Assembly (NCBI GenBank): GCA_963777955.1
Contig: CAVZSQ010000013.1
Coordinates: forward strand, 320,001-384,000
Direction: 5' to 3'
Length of the DNA: 64,000 nucleotides
Origin: Calditrichia bacterium
GTDB taxonomy: Bacteria; Calditrichota; Calditrichia; JAJRVZ01
The notes beneath the pieces are model-generated. The model worked only from the letters and a program-made list of their open reading frames with translations, did no database searches and had not been told where the DNA came from. Positions 1-11,248 of this stretch are shown here, piece by piece (position 1 is the first letter of the stretch; every line of letters starts with the position of its first letter). The translations under genes were made by a program, and so were the position numbers.

Positions 1-260
1 TAATCTCATAGATGCTCCCTGAAAGATGATTTAATCCGCGGTTTGATCTGTAATACGCAATATTGTATATCAGGTTACAAATATAAACAAAATATATGGA
101 TGTCGCTGCAGATTATTTTTCCCCCCGCGAATAAATCTGATTTAACTCTTGTTCTATAACATTGGCTTTATATAATAATATTATTATATTTGAACTTTAT
201 ATTTTTCCTGGGGAAAGACAGAAATAATCATAAATCAATTAATGAGCGAGGGGATGCGCT

Positions 261-2624
261 ATGTCAATTAAGAAATCGTTAGTTCTGCTATTGCTGTTCT
301 ATTTCGGCTGTGCCGCTTTTAAACAACTGCAGCCCGATCCGGAAATCTCATTTCTGGAAAACGGTTATATCAAAATCAGCGACGATGAAGATAAATTCGA
401 ATTGGCCCAGGGGAAAAAATATTATATGGAATTTCCCCAGCCGCAATATGAAAACACCTATCTGGTATTGACTGTGGACAAGAAGCCGCTGATACATTCC
501 TACCTGACGAAGTCCTTCGATGACGGCAAAGGTACGATCATCAGAATGGCAGATGAAACTCCCCAGCCCTTGACGATGAGTGTGTATCAGGTCGATAAAA
601 CAATTCCGCTGTATTACTGGGTCATCGATACGGTACGTCTGGATCTGGCCCTGGATATGCAGTACCGCTATGTCGCCATCTGGCGTTTTAAGTTCGAGCA
701 GAAAAAAGAAGAATATGAGTCTGTTTTAAAACAAAACACACACGGCCGCAATGTCTACAATTCCATCGGAGTGAGTCTGGCGGCCAAAGATATCAGTTAC
801 TCGGGTGAACAATTAGCCCTGCAACAACAGGTGCAGAAATTGACGGACCTGCATTCCCGCCTGGAAGAGATAGAGAAAATATTTCCCGGCCATATTTTAA
901 ACAGCACTGACGAATCGTACCTGGCTTATATTTCTCTGCAGAAAAATCTGGAAAGTGAGATCCTGTTCCAAAAAAAATACCAACTGGCCTTAACGGCACT
1001 GTCTGCACTTAGTGATCCCGGGCAGAGCCTGTCCTCCTTTCTCGAAAAAACACCGGACTACAATTTGTTATTGAGCGACAGCAGTTTCTATCAGCCAAAT
1101 CTCATCAAGGAATGCCGGAGGTTAATTCAGCCGCGCCTGCAGGACCTGCCGGGATATCTGCAGACCGAATTTCGGCAAAAGCAAAACAGCGATCCGATCC
1201 CGCTGGATATGAACAGTGTTCAAAAACTCTATGTGCAGAGCGGACAAGCCATACCTGAAACAATTGTTCAAGCAGACAAGTTTGTTTCGGCCTTCAACAA
1301 GCGCAGCCAGGCATTGCTTAATTCCAAAACGGAATTAAGTACGCTGCATACTGCGGTACAAAACTCCGCCGGCTGGCCGGGTGATGCTTATTACCTTGAC
1401 CGCCGCTCCGAATTGTCAGCCATGCGTTCAAAGATTCCCCCGACCGATCTTGAACCTTTCGGTGAGTATCAATCATTGAATTGTGTAAGCCTGCTGCATA
1501 AAGATGTGAATAATTTCCGCAGCAGCCTGGCTGAAACAGAAGTAAAATATCAGCGTGCCGGAGGATTGGTGTCGGAAATCAACCAGTACAGGGTTCAGGG
1601 ATCCTACCGTGAAATTATCCGCTTGCTGCGCACTAACAGCGATCTGACTTTCCTGGTCGCCCAGTACCCGGACATCGATGATCTTTCCGTGGCCCAGCAG
1701 AAGTCTTTGATCGAGGAATCGCTGAGCCAGCAGATGTGGCAGAATGCCGAGACCAGCCTGGAAGCCCTGTATCGGGATGATCTTTTTATCAACCCGGCCA
1801 GAACGATACCTCTAAAAAACCAGATGGTCGGCGAATACGAAAACCGTCTGCGCGAAACAGTAGAAACAGTTTCCGCGAATAATGCCAATGCCCTGCTGGA
1901 ACAAAATTTGTCAACCTTTATTGGAGTAGATTCTTTGTATACTAATCCGGCTTTCTTCCCGGTTCATAAACTGACTTTCAGCAGCGAAAGTTATGAGGAA
2001 CTGGATAGAAAAAACCGCGAGATCGCAGCAAAGATGACTTATATCAGAAACGAAAAATTCCCCGAATCAGCCATCCAGGTCCTCTACCGCGAATTCTCCC
2101 AGAATCCCCAGGATAACGGGGTGGGCAAAGCTCGCGCTGTTGTCATCCATGGAAAAAACTATCAGGGGCAGGATCAGAAGATTAAAAATCTGGTAGCCGA
2201 ATGTGATCCGGCCGCAGCCAAGTGGATCACCAAGCCGACTTCCTATCGTAAAATATATACACTGCCCGTCAGCAATAATCGTTCCGGCAACAATGAATAC
2301 ATGATACGCATCAATCTGCAGATCCCCTCCGAAGCTCAGTTCCCTGTTTTTGATGTGAACGTCAAACTGCCGGAAGAGATCGCCCGCAAAGCGGGTAGTG
2401 CCCAATGGTACAATGAGGTAACATTCAACAAGAAGGTCCTGAAAAACGAAGGCCGTTTCAGTATCACCGCTCCGAGTGCAGCGAACGGTTATGAAGTTCA
2501 GATCACCCCCTTGCAGGTGAATAAAACCGGCAATAACATCCTGGAAATCCGTTTTAATTTTGCCGCTTTCAAAGTATTCGAAGTCAGTATTATGGCCCAG
2601 AAACCGATCATCAAGAAAAATTAA
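261..2624 (+). CDS. Large hypothetical lipoprotein (787 aa), first gene of ABC operon
   Basis: Signal peptide with lipobox-like LFYFG-C17; GAGGGG RBS upstream; long helical middle and beta-rich C-terminus; 20 bp gap to next gene. Confidence 0.75.
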   Translation: MSIKKSLVLLLLFYFGCAAFKQLQPDPEISFLENGYIKISDDEDKFELAQGKKYYMEFPQPQYENTYLVLTVDKKPLIHSYLTKSFDDGKGTIIRMADETPQPLTMSVYQVDKTIPLYYWVIDTVRLDLALDMQYRYVAIWRFKFEQKKEEYESVLKQNTHGRNVYNSIGVSLAAKDISYSGEQLALQQQVQKLTDLHSRLEEIEKIFPGHILNSTDESYLAYISLQKNLESEILFQKKYQLALTALSALSDPGQSLSSFLEKTPDYNLLLSDSSFYQPNLIKECRRLIQPRLQDLPGYLQTEFRQKQNSDPIPLDMNSVQKLYVQSGQAIPETIVQADKFVSAFNKRSQALLNSKTELSTLHTAVQNSAGWPGDAYYLDRRSELSAMRSKIPPTDLEPFGEYQSLNCVSLLHKDVNNFRSSLAETEVKYQRAGGLVSEINQYRVQGSYREIIRLLRTNSDLTFLVAQYPDIDDLSVAQQKSLIEESLSQQMWQNAETSLEALYRDDLFINPARTIPLKNQMVGEYENRLRETVETVSANNANALLEQNLSTFIGVDSLYTNPAFFPVHKLTFSSESYEELDRKNREIAAKMTYIRNEKFPESAIQVLYREFSQNPQDNGVGKARAVVIHGKNYQGQDQKIKNLVAECDPAAAKWITKPTSYRKIYTLPVSNNRSGNNEYMIRINLQIPSEAQFPVFDVNVKLPEEIARKAGSAQWYNEVTFNKKVLKNEGRFSITAPSAANGYEVQITPLQVNKTGNNILEIRFNFAAFKVFEVSIMAQKPIIKKN

Positions 2625-2644
2625 GCAAAACGAAAGGACGCAAA

Positions 2645-4371
2645 ATGAAAAAATATATCATCATCGGTAGCCTGGTCGTCGTTGCCGCTGCTATAGTGGT
2701 TTTCCTGTTGTGGAAACGGGATCAATCCGGAAAAATAGTTATTCCCTATATCGCCCATCAAAAACCTTATATCGATCCTCATTTGCCCGATTATAATTCC
2801 CTCTCCGATAAACTGGACGAAGTACTTTTTGACGGTCTGTTCAATATTTCGGCCAATCCCAGCGGTATTACTTACGAGGACGGGCTGGGTGAATTAATCG
2901 GCATCGATAACAACAACCTGGTCACGGTGCGCTTAAAAGTCAATCAAAAGTGGCACAGCAGTTATAGCGTACGCCAGGATGATGATAAAATCCTGATCCA
3001 GGAAAGCACACCGAACTATTTTACAGCCGAAGATCTCCGCTTTACCATGAACAGGATTCAAACGACTGGGTAGTTTATCTCCGGATTATATATTGGTCTC
3101 GCAGGCACTGCCGGATTTTAATTTTACTGATCCAGATCAGAATAATGATATCCAGTTTCAATTCAAAAGTGACCGCATCTGGGTTGATGCTGATATTAAA
3201 GAGGTATTATCGTTTAAAATATTACCTAAAAATTCAGGCCTGAACTCCCGCAACTACCTGGAGGGCAGCGGTCCTTATCTGGCCATTAACAGAAATGCCG
3301 AGGTTACCAATTTCCTCAAGAATCCCTCCGGCCAGGCTAACATTCAAAATCTCATTCTGGAACCCTTTATCGACAACAGTACTTATACCACTGAATTCAA
3401 GAACAATAAAATTAATGTGCTGCTTAATACCCCTTTCGGAAGTTTATCACCGATTCTGGCCAAACCGGAAAAATACTTTACCAAATCCAATATCAGTACT
3501 TCATTTGTTTCAATTTTTTTCAATACCATGCGGCTTGACCGAAACCAGCGCCAGGCTGTGCGTAATCTGATAGACCGCCAGCGGATACTTAACCGTTTCT
3601 TTAAGATCGGCACTGAACAGCAGCGCCATATCGTCGATTACAAGGGCAACTCGGACAATTATCAGGACTATCCGAACTACAGTATTTTCCCATCCAGCTC
3701 ATATTATATAGAAGAAGAAATCGTGACCCCTGACCGCCAGCAAATGATTCCCGATCAGGGCAGTTTACCCGATACGGTGCATATTGCCGCCTGCATGAAC
3801 TATGGCTTTCGCGAGGAATACCGCGATCTGATCGAGATCCTGAACGATCCAACCCTCTTCGCCGGAAAACTGAAAGTGACCGCCGTCCAGAATGAGGATC
3901 TGCGGCGCGGTAATTACGATGCCGTGCTATTGATCATGACCGGTTACCGCAGTACGTTCCTGTTCGATCTCTATGATATTTTCCTGCGTGAACCGGATCT
4001 GGCCACATATAACATTAATCTGCAGACCGCCCTGGATGCCAGTGGTCAGAAAACCATTCTGCCCGCTTCGCTGCAGGCTGACAAAAACTTTTTCCGTCTG
4101 GATGCCGCTGCTGCAGCCTGAACAACAGGATATCCTCACCCTGCTGAACTATATTTACGGATTCATGTCGACCCGGGAAATCGGCGATAAGCAGGAATAT
4201 GCCCGGCGTATCGATGAACTGGAACACGAGCTGGCCCTGGGATCCTGGCTGTTCTCTCTGCCTTCACTGGCTTACTTCAGTACACAATTTGATGCACAAA
4301 GCATAGACTTATACGGTGTGGCTTCCCAGTTATCCACCATTGAAAAATGGCAGGAAAGGAAAGAAAAATAA
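2645..4371 (+). CDS. ABC transporter substrate-binding protein, family 5 (OppA/DppA-like); two apparent frameshifts (~3062, ~4112)
   Basis: Three ORF pieces join with +1 shifts (IQ-RLGSLSPDYILVSQ; DAAA-QPEQQD); motifs LFDGLF, FTAEDLRFT, GSGPY, RQAVRNLIDR; N-terminal hydrophobic anchor. Confidence 0.7.
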
Positions 4372-5306
4372 CTTTTATAAATCCACTTGAGAGTATAAGG
4401 TATAGGGCCTCGGGTATAATGGTATCCAGGTCAGTTTCAATATTTTTCCTGCTGCTGATCCTGAGCCTATGGTTTGTCCGTCCGGTAGTTGCCGGTCCTG
4501 ACCGCCAGCTGACGGGCGATTATCTCATAATCGAAGAACCTGCTGCCCTGAAGATTTACAATAAATACGAACAAAAAATCAATTCCGACGATGCGGAATT
4601 GTTCAAACCCTTCTGCGCTTTGCGTCTGACCGATAGCAATATAACCTTAAGCGATAATTTTACGCTGGCCGACCGCATAGAAATAGAGGGGATGTACTTT
4701 TATCTGTTGAAAACCAACCGGCAGACACTTGATGTTTCCCAATCGGCAGGATATCTGAAAGAACTCCGCGGGGTACGGGTTATCGAAGATACCGTGGTAA
4801 TCAGCCGGGAGAATATGTTCTATTTACAAACACCCGGATCATCAGCAAAGACCGTGCTACCGGCAGGCACCCTGCTTCCAGCAGGGTGTATATTGCGACG
4901 AATATTTTTTAGCGGCAACATGACTTACATACAGATTCTTGATGAAACCCGGCAATACGGTTGGTGCAATTTATCGGCTAAATCCGGCTGGCACAAACTA
5001 CTCCGGCCGGTAGCCGAAACGGATCTGAGCGTTATCCTGAAGAGGATTCAACCGGTTTTCGACCGCTATAATTCGCTTTACCGCAATTCCTTCCAATATT
5101 TTAATGCTCAGACCGGCGAGCAGCGGGCAATTCCATACTGGCAGGTGGAAATGAAAAATAAACGGATTACCGGCAAACTTCTGAATATTTCCAGTGCTGT
5201 TTCTCTGCAAAACAGTCTGCCCTATCTGATCAATGAAGTACAGCAGCATCTGCGCAATACACACTTACAGATCACTCAAATGACTGCCGGGATCGAAATC
5301 AAATAG
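4347..5306 (+). CDS. Hypothetical exported protein (likely start ATG 4419)
   Basis: 319-aa ORF with a signal-peptide-like segment (SIFFLLLILSLWFVRPVVA), inside the operon. Confidence 0.65.
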   Translation: MAGKERKITFINPLESIRYRASGIMVSRSVSIFFLLLILSLWFVRPVVAGPDRQLTGDYLIIEEPAALKIYNKYEQKINSDDAELFKPFCALRLTDSNITLSDNFTLADRIEIEGMYFYLLKTNRQTLDVSQSAGYLKELRGVRVIEDTVVISRENMFYLQTPGSSAKTVLPAGTLLPAGCILRRIFFSGNMTYIQILDETRQYGWCNLSAKSGWHKLLRPVAETDLSVILKRIQPVFDRYNSLYRNSFQYFNAQTGEQRAIPYWQVEMKNKRITGKLLNISSAVSLQNSLPYLINEVQQHLRNTHLQITQMTAGIEIK

Positions 5307-5313
5307 ACAGAAT

Positions 5314-6444
5314 ATGATCAGAAAAAAAATTATCGAGCACGGCATTGCCCTGGTCCTGGTAGGAATTGTTTTTGTGTTAATCTCCTTACTGCTGATCCGG
5401 GACAGCGCAGGGCCGTTGAGCGATAACGAGAAATTGGTCCAGCAATATGCCGCTGCGGGCTTTATTGACTGGAACGATCCTGCCCAGAGAGCCGTTTTTA
5501 AAGATGTCTGGAATATCTATCATCCCGCTCAATCCTTAAAAGTCGATTCTTTGTCAGCTGCGATAACCAGTGCTTATAATTCCAAGGCAGGACTGGCTGC
5601 CCGGAGACCTGGCGGCAAAACCGAACTGTCTTTTCCGGAAAATATACTGAGACTGGCACCGCTGTATTTAAATTTTATCTTCGTCTATGTTATTGTCCTG
5701 ATTTTCAGTTATTATGCGGCGCAGACCTGCGGCATATGGCGTTTTGTGCAGATGAAGCGGGGACGGTCTTCTTATCTGCAATTACTGTATGTTGAAATTC
5801 AGCATAGACCGGCAAGGTCGCATTTTAAAGAAATCTGTATCTGGGTGGTTCGCTGCGGCAGATTGCTTGGGTTCGCGTTGCTAAAGGGAATTATTTATTT
5901 GACTCTTTTTGCCCCGGCTTATGTTGTGGCCTATGCTTTTAAAACCAGTTTTGATACTGATTCCATTTTGTTCATGATAGTACTGGGCGCATTTTCAAAT
6001 GGCCTGTTGATCACTTACACTCAGAAATTTTTTGCCTATTTGATCAGCGAAAGCCACAAAGGCTATCTGCAAACTGCGCTGGTGAAAAATTTAAAACGCT
6101 CCTACCAGTACAATTCTGCCGACGGCATTCCGCTCAGCAGCATGCTGCGTTTTAAAAAAGTTTTTCCCGGACATGTGTTCGGACATATTTACAGCAATGC
6201 CCGCTATCAATATCTGCCCGCCTTAAAAGAGCAGGCCTCTTTTTTAATTACCGGATTGATTATTATCGAAATGGCCCTGAATATCCAGAATCATTTATGC
6301 TATGACTTATTACAGAATTTATTATACCAGGATTACACATCCGTACTGATCGCTGTCTTCGGAATTTTCCTGATTATTAAAAGCACCGAAATCGTAACCG
6401 ATGTCCTGTATCTCAGGGAAACACAAAGATATGAAAACCGTTAA
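5314..6444 (+). CDS. ABC permease, divergent OppB/DppB-like
   Basis: Multiple TM segments; ESHKGYLQTALVKNL resembles the OppB 'DYIRTARAKGL' loop; LIIIEMALNI...QDY C-terminal pattern. Confidence 0.7.
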   Translation: MIRKKIIEHGIALVLVGIVFVLISLLLIRDSAGPLSDNEKLVQQYAAAGFIDWNDPAQRAVFKDVWNIYHPAQSLKVDSLSAAITSAYNSKAGLAARRPGGKTELSFPENILRLAPLYLNFIFVYVIVLIFSYYAAQTCGIWRFVQMKRGRSSYLQLLYVEIQHRPARSHFKEICIWVVRCGRLLGFALLKGIIYLTLFAPAYVVAYAFKTSFDTDSILFMIVLGAFSNGLLITYTQKFFAYLISESHKGYLQTALVKNLKRSYQYNSADGIPLSSMLRFKKVFPGHVFGHIYSNARYQYLPALKEQASFLITGLIIIEMALNIQNHLCYDLLQNLLYQDYTSVLIAVFGIFLIIKSTEIVTDVLYLRETQRYENR

Positions 6445-7294
6445 GGTCGAAAAGACCACGAGGAAAGATATTATCTGGCTGGTGTGCTGGCTCGCCGTTA
6501 TGGGATTGCTGTGGATCTGGGATTTATATTTCCTGAATGCCCCGGCACTGCACCAGGTACAGAACGGTTTTCTGAATACTTTCGTGATCTCCTGCCTGGT
6601 GATCATTTTTTCCAGCAGCGTAGCCTGGTTAACAGTAAATAGTATACATTATCTTAAAACTCTGCGTTTTAAATTTATTTTTCACACAGTTAATTTTATA
6701 CTCAATTTGCTCCGCTCGGTACCACAGATCATCGGCATTCTTTTCGGGTATGTGCTGCTGACCGTGCTGATACAGCGTGAAATTATTAACGGGACATTTA
6801 TGCAGCTGTGCGCCATGGCCGCTGTGATAAGTATGTTTACCTTTCTGGAATTGCATGATATGCTGCTGGAGAGAATTGATCACTTTCAGAAACTGGATTT
6901 TTGTAATGCCATGCGGGTTTGCGGGATCAGTGAATTTCGAATCATTAACCATGAAATCCTGTTCAGCAACAGCCGCGCTCACATCTTATACAAACTTATA
7001 GCAATTTTCGGCATGGCCGTTTTCCTGCAATGCAGCATTGATTTTATTGTTTCGGTTGGACTTTCGCTGCAGTTGAGCCCGGTTAATTTTCCCCTGACCC
7101 TGGGTAGTTTGTTGGCCAAGATTGACAGCAAACAGGACATTCTGGCTATCGGTTATAGTCTGACCAACTGGGATTATATCGGCAACTTATTTACCCGGCA
7201 TCTGCAGGGAATTTCGGTAGCATTCATAATTGTCTACACCCTGCTCTGTATTCATAAAATTTCTAATGCCTATTCCCGGCGGCGACAAATATGA
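6431..7294 (+). CDS. ABC permease, divergent OppC/DppC-like
   Basis: TM-rich; LRSVPQII; DFCNAMRVCGISEFRIINHEIL is an EAA-like loop; overlaps upstream gene. Confidence 0.7.
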   Translation: MKTVKVEKTTRKDIIWLVCWLAVMGLLWIWDLYFLNAPALHQVQNGFLNTFVISCLVIIFSSSVAWLTVNSIHYLKTLRFKFIFHTVNFILNLLRSVPQIIGILFGYVLLTVLIQREIINGTFMQLCAMAAVISMFTFLELHDMLLERIDHFQKLDFCNAMRVCGISEFRIINHEILFSNSRAHILYKLIAIFGMAVFLQCSIDFIVSVGLSLQLSPVNFPLTLGSLLAKIDSKQDILAIGYSLTNWDYIGNLFTRHLQGISVAFIIVYTLLCIHKISNAYSRRRQI

Positions 7295-8793
7295 TATATA
7301 ATATTGAAATTAAAAAGTCCGGACGTACACTGGTTAGGATCGAAAATTTACGGATTCAGGACCGGGCAGTTAATTTCTTATTCGGCGAATCTGGCATCGG
7401 TAAGACCATGATCGCCCGGGCCATTTATGGTTTACTGGACGGCGAAGAATTCGATATTTCAATTAATGGTCAGCCATACTCTGTTTATTTACAGAGTGCG
7501 GAATTTCAGAATATTCCGCTGCACGGATTTTTTGTTTTCCAGGAACCTTCCTCTCATTTGAATCCACTGCTCAGAATCCGGCAACAGCTACGGGAAGGGA
7601 GTTTAATTCAGTCCGATCAGGAGCCGGAAATCCTGGGCAATTTATGGCCGGAAAAAAGCAATGAAGAACTGGAGCATATTCTGGATATTTATCCCCGTCC
7701 TTACCGGCCCAGCGGCGGCGAAAAGCAACGCATCCTGATGACCATGGCCTTCAAGAAAATCGATTTGTATTTACAGCAAAACAATGCACCAGCAACCTTG
7801 TTTATATTTGACGAGCCGACCGGGAATCTGGATAATATTCATCGTAATCAGTTTTTGCACTTTTTAATGAAAAAATACCTTCGGCGACAAGGTAATTTTA
7901 CGATCCTGTTCATCACTCACGATTATTCAATTATAGGCGAAATGGTGCAAAAATATCCGGAACTGCAGCAGCAATTTTCCTTCACCGATCTGCAACTCAC
8001 TCCTCAGGGTTTAGAACAACAGGATTTCTCAGCACAGCAATATCTGGATTGGCACAGCGGGATCAAATTTCTTGCGGTACCCCCCGAACGGGTAGCACCT
8101 CTGGCGTCGATATTAAGATTGGAAAGCCGGGTTACATTTTTTAACCGCAATCTGATCATTAGCAGGGATGTCCAGGGTAAGCTGGAGAGCGCCCTGGAAA
8201 TTTATCCCGGTGAGATGATTTATCTGAAAGCCGGCAGCGGGGTCGGAAAAACATCTTTGGTTAAAGGCATGCTGGGATTAATGCCGGTCGACCGCATGCA
8301 ACTTCGCCTGGCCGGATTAATTTTTAATGAAAAGACCGCCGGGCGGAACTGGCGGCGCAGGATCTGGGGTAAAAAAGCGGCTATGGTCTTCCAGCATGCC
8401 GATGAAGCGCTCAATCTGAACGCCCGGGTGAGAGATGTATTTAAAGGTTTGCCGCTTCCCGGCAAAATGAATTCGCAGAGACTGATTCAACAATTGCAGT
8501 GGATTTTTAATATGCCCATTGATGCCGGATTCCTGAAGCGGAAAATTTCCAGTTTAAGCGGCGGGCAAAAGCAGCGGCTGAACCTGCTACGGTCGCTGGT
8601 CCTGGATACCGACCTGCTCATACTTGATGAGCCTTTGAACGGACTCGGTTTTGAGAGCATACAAAAAGTCCTGGATCTGTTGCGGGAGAAACAGTCAGCC
8701 GGAAAAGGGATACTGTTGATTTCGCATAATGAAGATATCTTCGATAAACTGATTCCGCCAGAACATGTTTATTATCTGAATATCAGTTCGTGA
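7291..8793 (+). CDS. ABC ATP-binding protein with two fused NBDs (OppD/F-like)
   Basis: Walker A GESGIGKT and AGSGVGKT; signatures PSGGEKQR and LSGGQKQR; Walker B FIFDEP and LILDEP; ATGA overlap with permease. Confidence 0.9.
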   Translation: MIYNIEIKKSGRTLVRIENLRIQDRAVNFLFGESGIGKTMIARAIYGLLDGEEFDISINGQPYSVYLQSAEFQNIPLHGFFVFQEPSSHLNPLLRIRQQLREGSLIQSDQEPEILGNLWPEKSNEELEHILDIYPRPYRPSGGEKQRILMTMAFKKIDLYLQQNNAPATLFIFDEPTGNLDNIHRNQFLHFLMKKYLRRQGNFTILFITHDYSIIGEMVQKYPELQQQFSFTDLQLTPQGLEQQDFSAQQYLDWHSGIKFLAVPPERVAPLASILRLESRVTFFNRNLIISRDVQGKLESALEIYPGEMIYLKAGSGVGKTSLVKGMLGLMPVDRMQLRLAGLIFNEKTAGRNWRRRIWGKKAAMVFQHADEALNLNARVRDVFKGLPLPGKMNSQRLIQQLQWIFNMPIDAGFLKRKISSLSGGQKQRLNLLRSLVLDTDLLILDEPLNGLGFESIQKVLDLLREKQSAGKGILLISHNEDIFDKLIPPEHVYYLNISS

Positions 8794-8824
8794 ACGGGAC
8801 AGCCCATCAAATTTATCTGGTGAT

Positions 8825-9556
8825 TTAAAATATAATCCTTATTCCTACTCCTCCTGGATACACGGCAATAGACCAGCTCGTTTCAGAATTACGCCAGTTC
8901 AACTGCTCTGCGGATTTATACTTTTTAATATAGACGTCATAATCCTTTATCGCTCTCGTTGGCTGCGTCCATATTTGAGCCTCGGTAATTACTGTATTCA
9001 GGGCAAAGTTACCGACCCCTTCCCAGATATTTCTTTTAAAGCCAAGCCAAACGATGAGTCCGCTGCTGAGATTGGCGAGGCCGGTAATGGCATGGGTTTT
9101 CCATGATCTTCCCTCTTTTTCCCGTAAGGCGCTTTCCTGCAGTAATTTTTCTCCTGCCAGTAATTTATTCGTTCTTTCTTGCGGAGTACTTTCAGCAATA
9201 CTGGCAAACCGATCCGCTGCGGTGCCGGGACTCATAGGTGCAATAATCTGCCCCATTGCACCAAGGAAGGTCGTTGCCGCTCCCAAAGCCATATCCTGTC
9301 TGGTTTCTTTATCCGTACTGGTCATATATACAGCTCCCTGCCCTATGGTTGCCGCGCTGTAGCCAATCAACCAGCCATACCACCATACATTGGCATTTGA
9401 TTGCCCCTGCTCCAGCATTTGGTTAATGACCTGCAATCTCTCTTGAATCTGCGCATCAGAGAATTCAGGCTGAGCCAAAGCAATACGGAATGGAAAGAAG
9501 AAAAACGACAGTAAAATAATTGTTTCTGCAGTATTTCTGAAAAATAGTTTTTTCAA
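8825..9556 (-). CDS. Hypothetical membrane/exported protein
   Basis: 243-aa ORF with signal peptide and hydrophobic helices; start overlaps the MFS stop (ATGA). Confidence 0.7.
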   Translation of the reverse strand: MKKLFFRNTAETIILLSFFFFPFRIALAQPEFSDAQIQERLQVINQMLEQGQSNANVWWYGWLIGYSAATIGQGAVYMTSTDKETRQDMALGAATTFLGAMGQIIAPMSPGTAADRFASIAESTPQERTNKLLAGEKLLQESALREKEGRSWKTHAITGLANLSSGLIVWLGFKRNIWEGVGNFALNTVITEAQIWTQPTRAIKDYDVYIKKYKSAEQLNWRNSETSWSIAVYPGGVGIRIIF

Positions 9557-10786
9557 TGGACATTCTCCTGTTCAGTCATTAACACTGATTCCTTAAGTCT
9601 GGTGCTGAGTAGCAGACTTAGACTCATAAGCACAATTAACACAACTAACGCCGGCGTCATTGAACCTGTCAGTTCAGACTTGAAACTGTCCATTCCAAAA
9701 ATGAAAATGATCCCCGAGATCTGTCCCATCAGCAAAAGCAGTCCGTTGGAGGTACCTTCCGGTGCCGGATAGGCAATTTCGGCACCATACTGGAATCCAA
9801 TTGGACCTGCACTTAATAAGAAGAGTCCCATTATAAAGGCTGATACCAGAAGAAGCCAGTAACTGGTGGCATAGGTGATACCGACCAGACCCAGAATTGC
9901 ACCGGCCAAGTGCCAGGAAGATAAAAGGGGTTCTCTTGCGATAACGGTCAGAGAGTGGTGGGAAGACCACGGCGCCGACAATACCACCCACGATCATCAA
10001 TCCCCCGGTGATACCGGCCTGGATTATCGAAAATCCTCTGGGCCTGACGATGTCTTCGATCCATGTCGTCACGCCGTTGAATATCCCCAGGCCCACGAAG
10101 AAGATAAGCATCAGGAAAATATAGTCTCGCTTGTGCAGCATTTGTTTGAAACCGTCAAGAACCAGGGAACGCTCTTCCTGATCCGGGCGGCAGGGAGGTG
10201 TGGGCGGGCGTTCCTTGGCGAAACTGAAAAAGAGAATTGCGGCAAGTACCGACACAATCCCGTAAATGAAAAGCATACCTGCGATGCCGGATTGAATCGT
10301 AAGGTAAGGTGTCACCACCAGACCTAATAAAATACCCAGGTACATGGCCAGCGTCCCAAGACCAGACGCCGTTGCCCTCTCCCGAATTGGAAACCAGCGC
10401 GCGGCTAAATTGGTAATGGCGTTGAGAATAAACGGCTGTCCGATGGCAATTCCTATTTGAGAAATCAGCACCCAGGTGTAGTCCGTGGCGAACAGTCCAC
10501 GTAGCAGGCCAAAGATGCCGGTCAATACGGCACCTGTGCCCACAGCGAAACGGATTCCATAGGTATCAATAATCCAGGATGCGGGGATGGAAATGACGAC
10601 GTAAACGATCATAAAGATCATAGACAGCAGACCGATACTGAGATCCGAGACCCCATAAAACCTGCCGGCGCTGCCGGTGATCGGGGCAAACGTTATCCAT
10701 AGCAACTGGTTGATGGTAACGACAAACATAAACGCAAACAGCATTATCCAGCGATAACCATAGACTTTGAAGCCAGTTTGTTCCAT
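9553..10786 (-). CDS. MFS transporter (FLVCR/SLC49-like); one apparent frameshift ~9908
   Basis: FKVYGYRWIML, WITFAPI, AIGQPF, AARWFPIRERATA, YPAPEGTSNGLL; two ORF pieces join at TPFIFLAL-AGAILG. Confidence 0.85.
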
Positions 10787-10894
10787 CTGCTCAATTCTCC
10801 TAATTTACCTATTTCTTATTTATATCTAATGTTCCTTAGCAGTACAACGTTAGATCACGTTCAGGAAAACGCATCGGATAGATATGAAGATGAG

Positions 10895-10967
<73 letters not shown>

Positions 10968-11148
10968 TTGTTCTGATCGGCATGAAAATTACTGAATTTT
11001 ACAACATCAGTGCAACTTTAAATATCTATTTGATTTAAAAATAACCCGAATCTTGAATTTTTTAATAAATATAACAACCATTTTACTTTCTTTACTTTTT
11101 AAATTAAATTTATAATGATAATTATGATTCAGCAATTTTGTAAGGGGC

Positions 11149-11182
11149 TTACTAATTACAATTACTAATTACTAATTATTTA
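11149..11182. repeat. Short tandem heptamer repeat (TTACTAA)n, imperfect, about 5 units
   Basis: ttactaa ttacaa ttactaa ttactaa ttattta. Confidence 0.6.
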
Positions 11183-11248
11183 TTATTACCAGAACTATTG
11201 TTTTTGTTAATTCACTTCAACCTTTAACCAAATCAGGGAGGTAGTATT

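Noticed and set aside
1..30. Start of a minus-strand gene (GGGAG RBS, ATG at 9) running off the window
   Set aside because: Only three codons visible; cannot be identified
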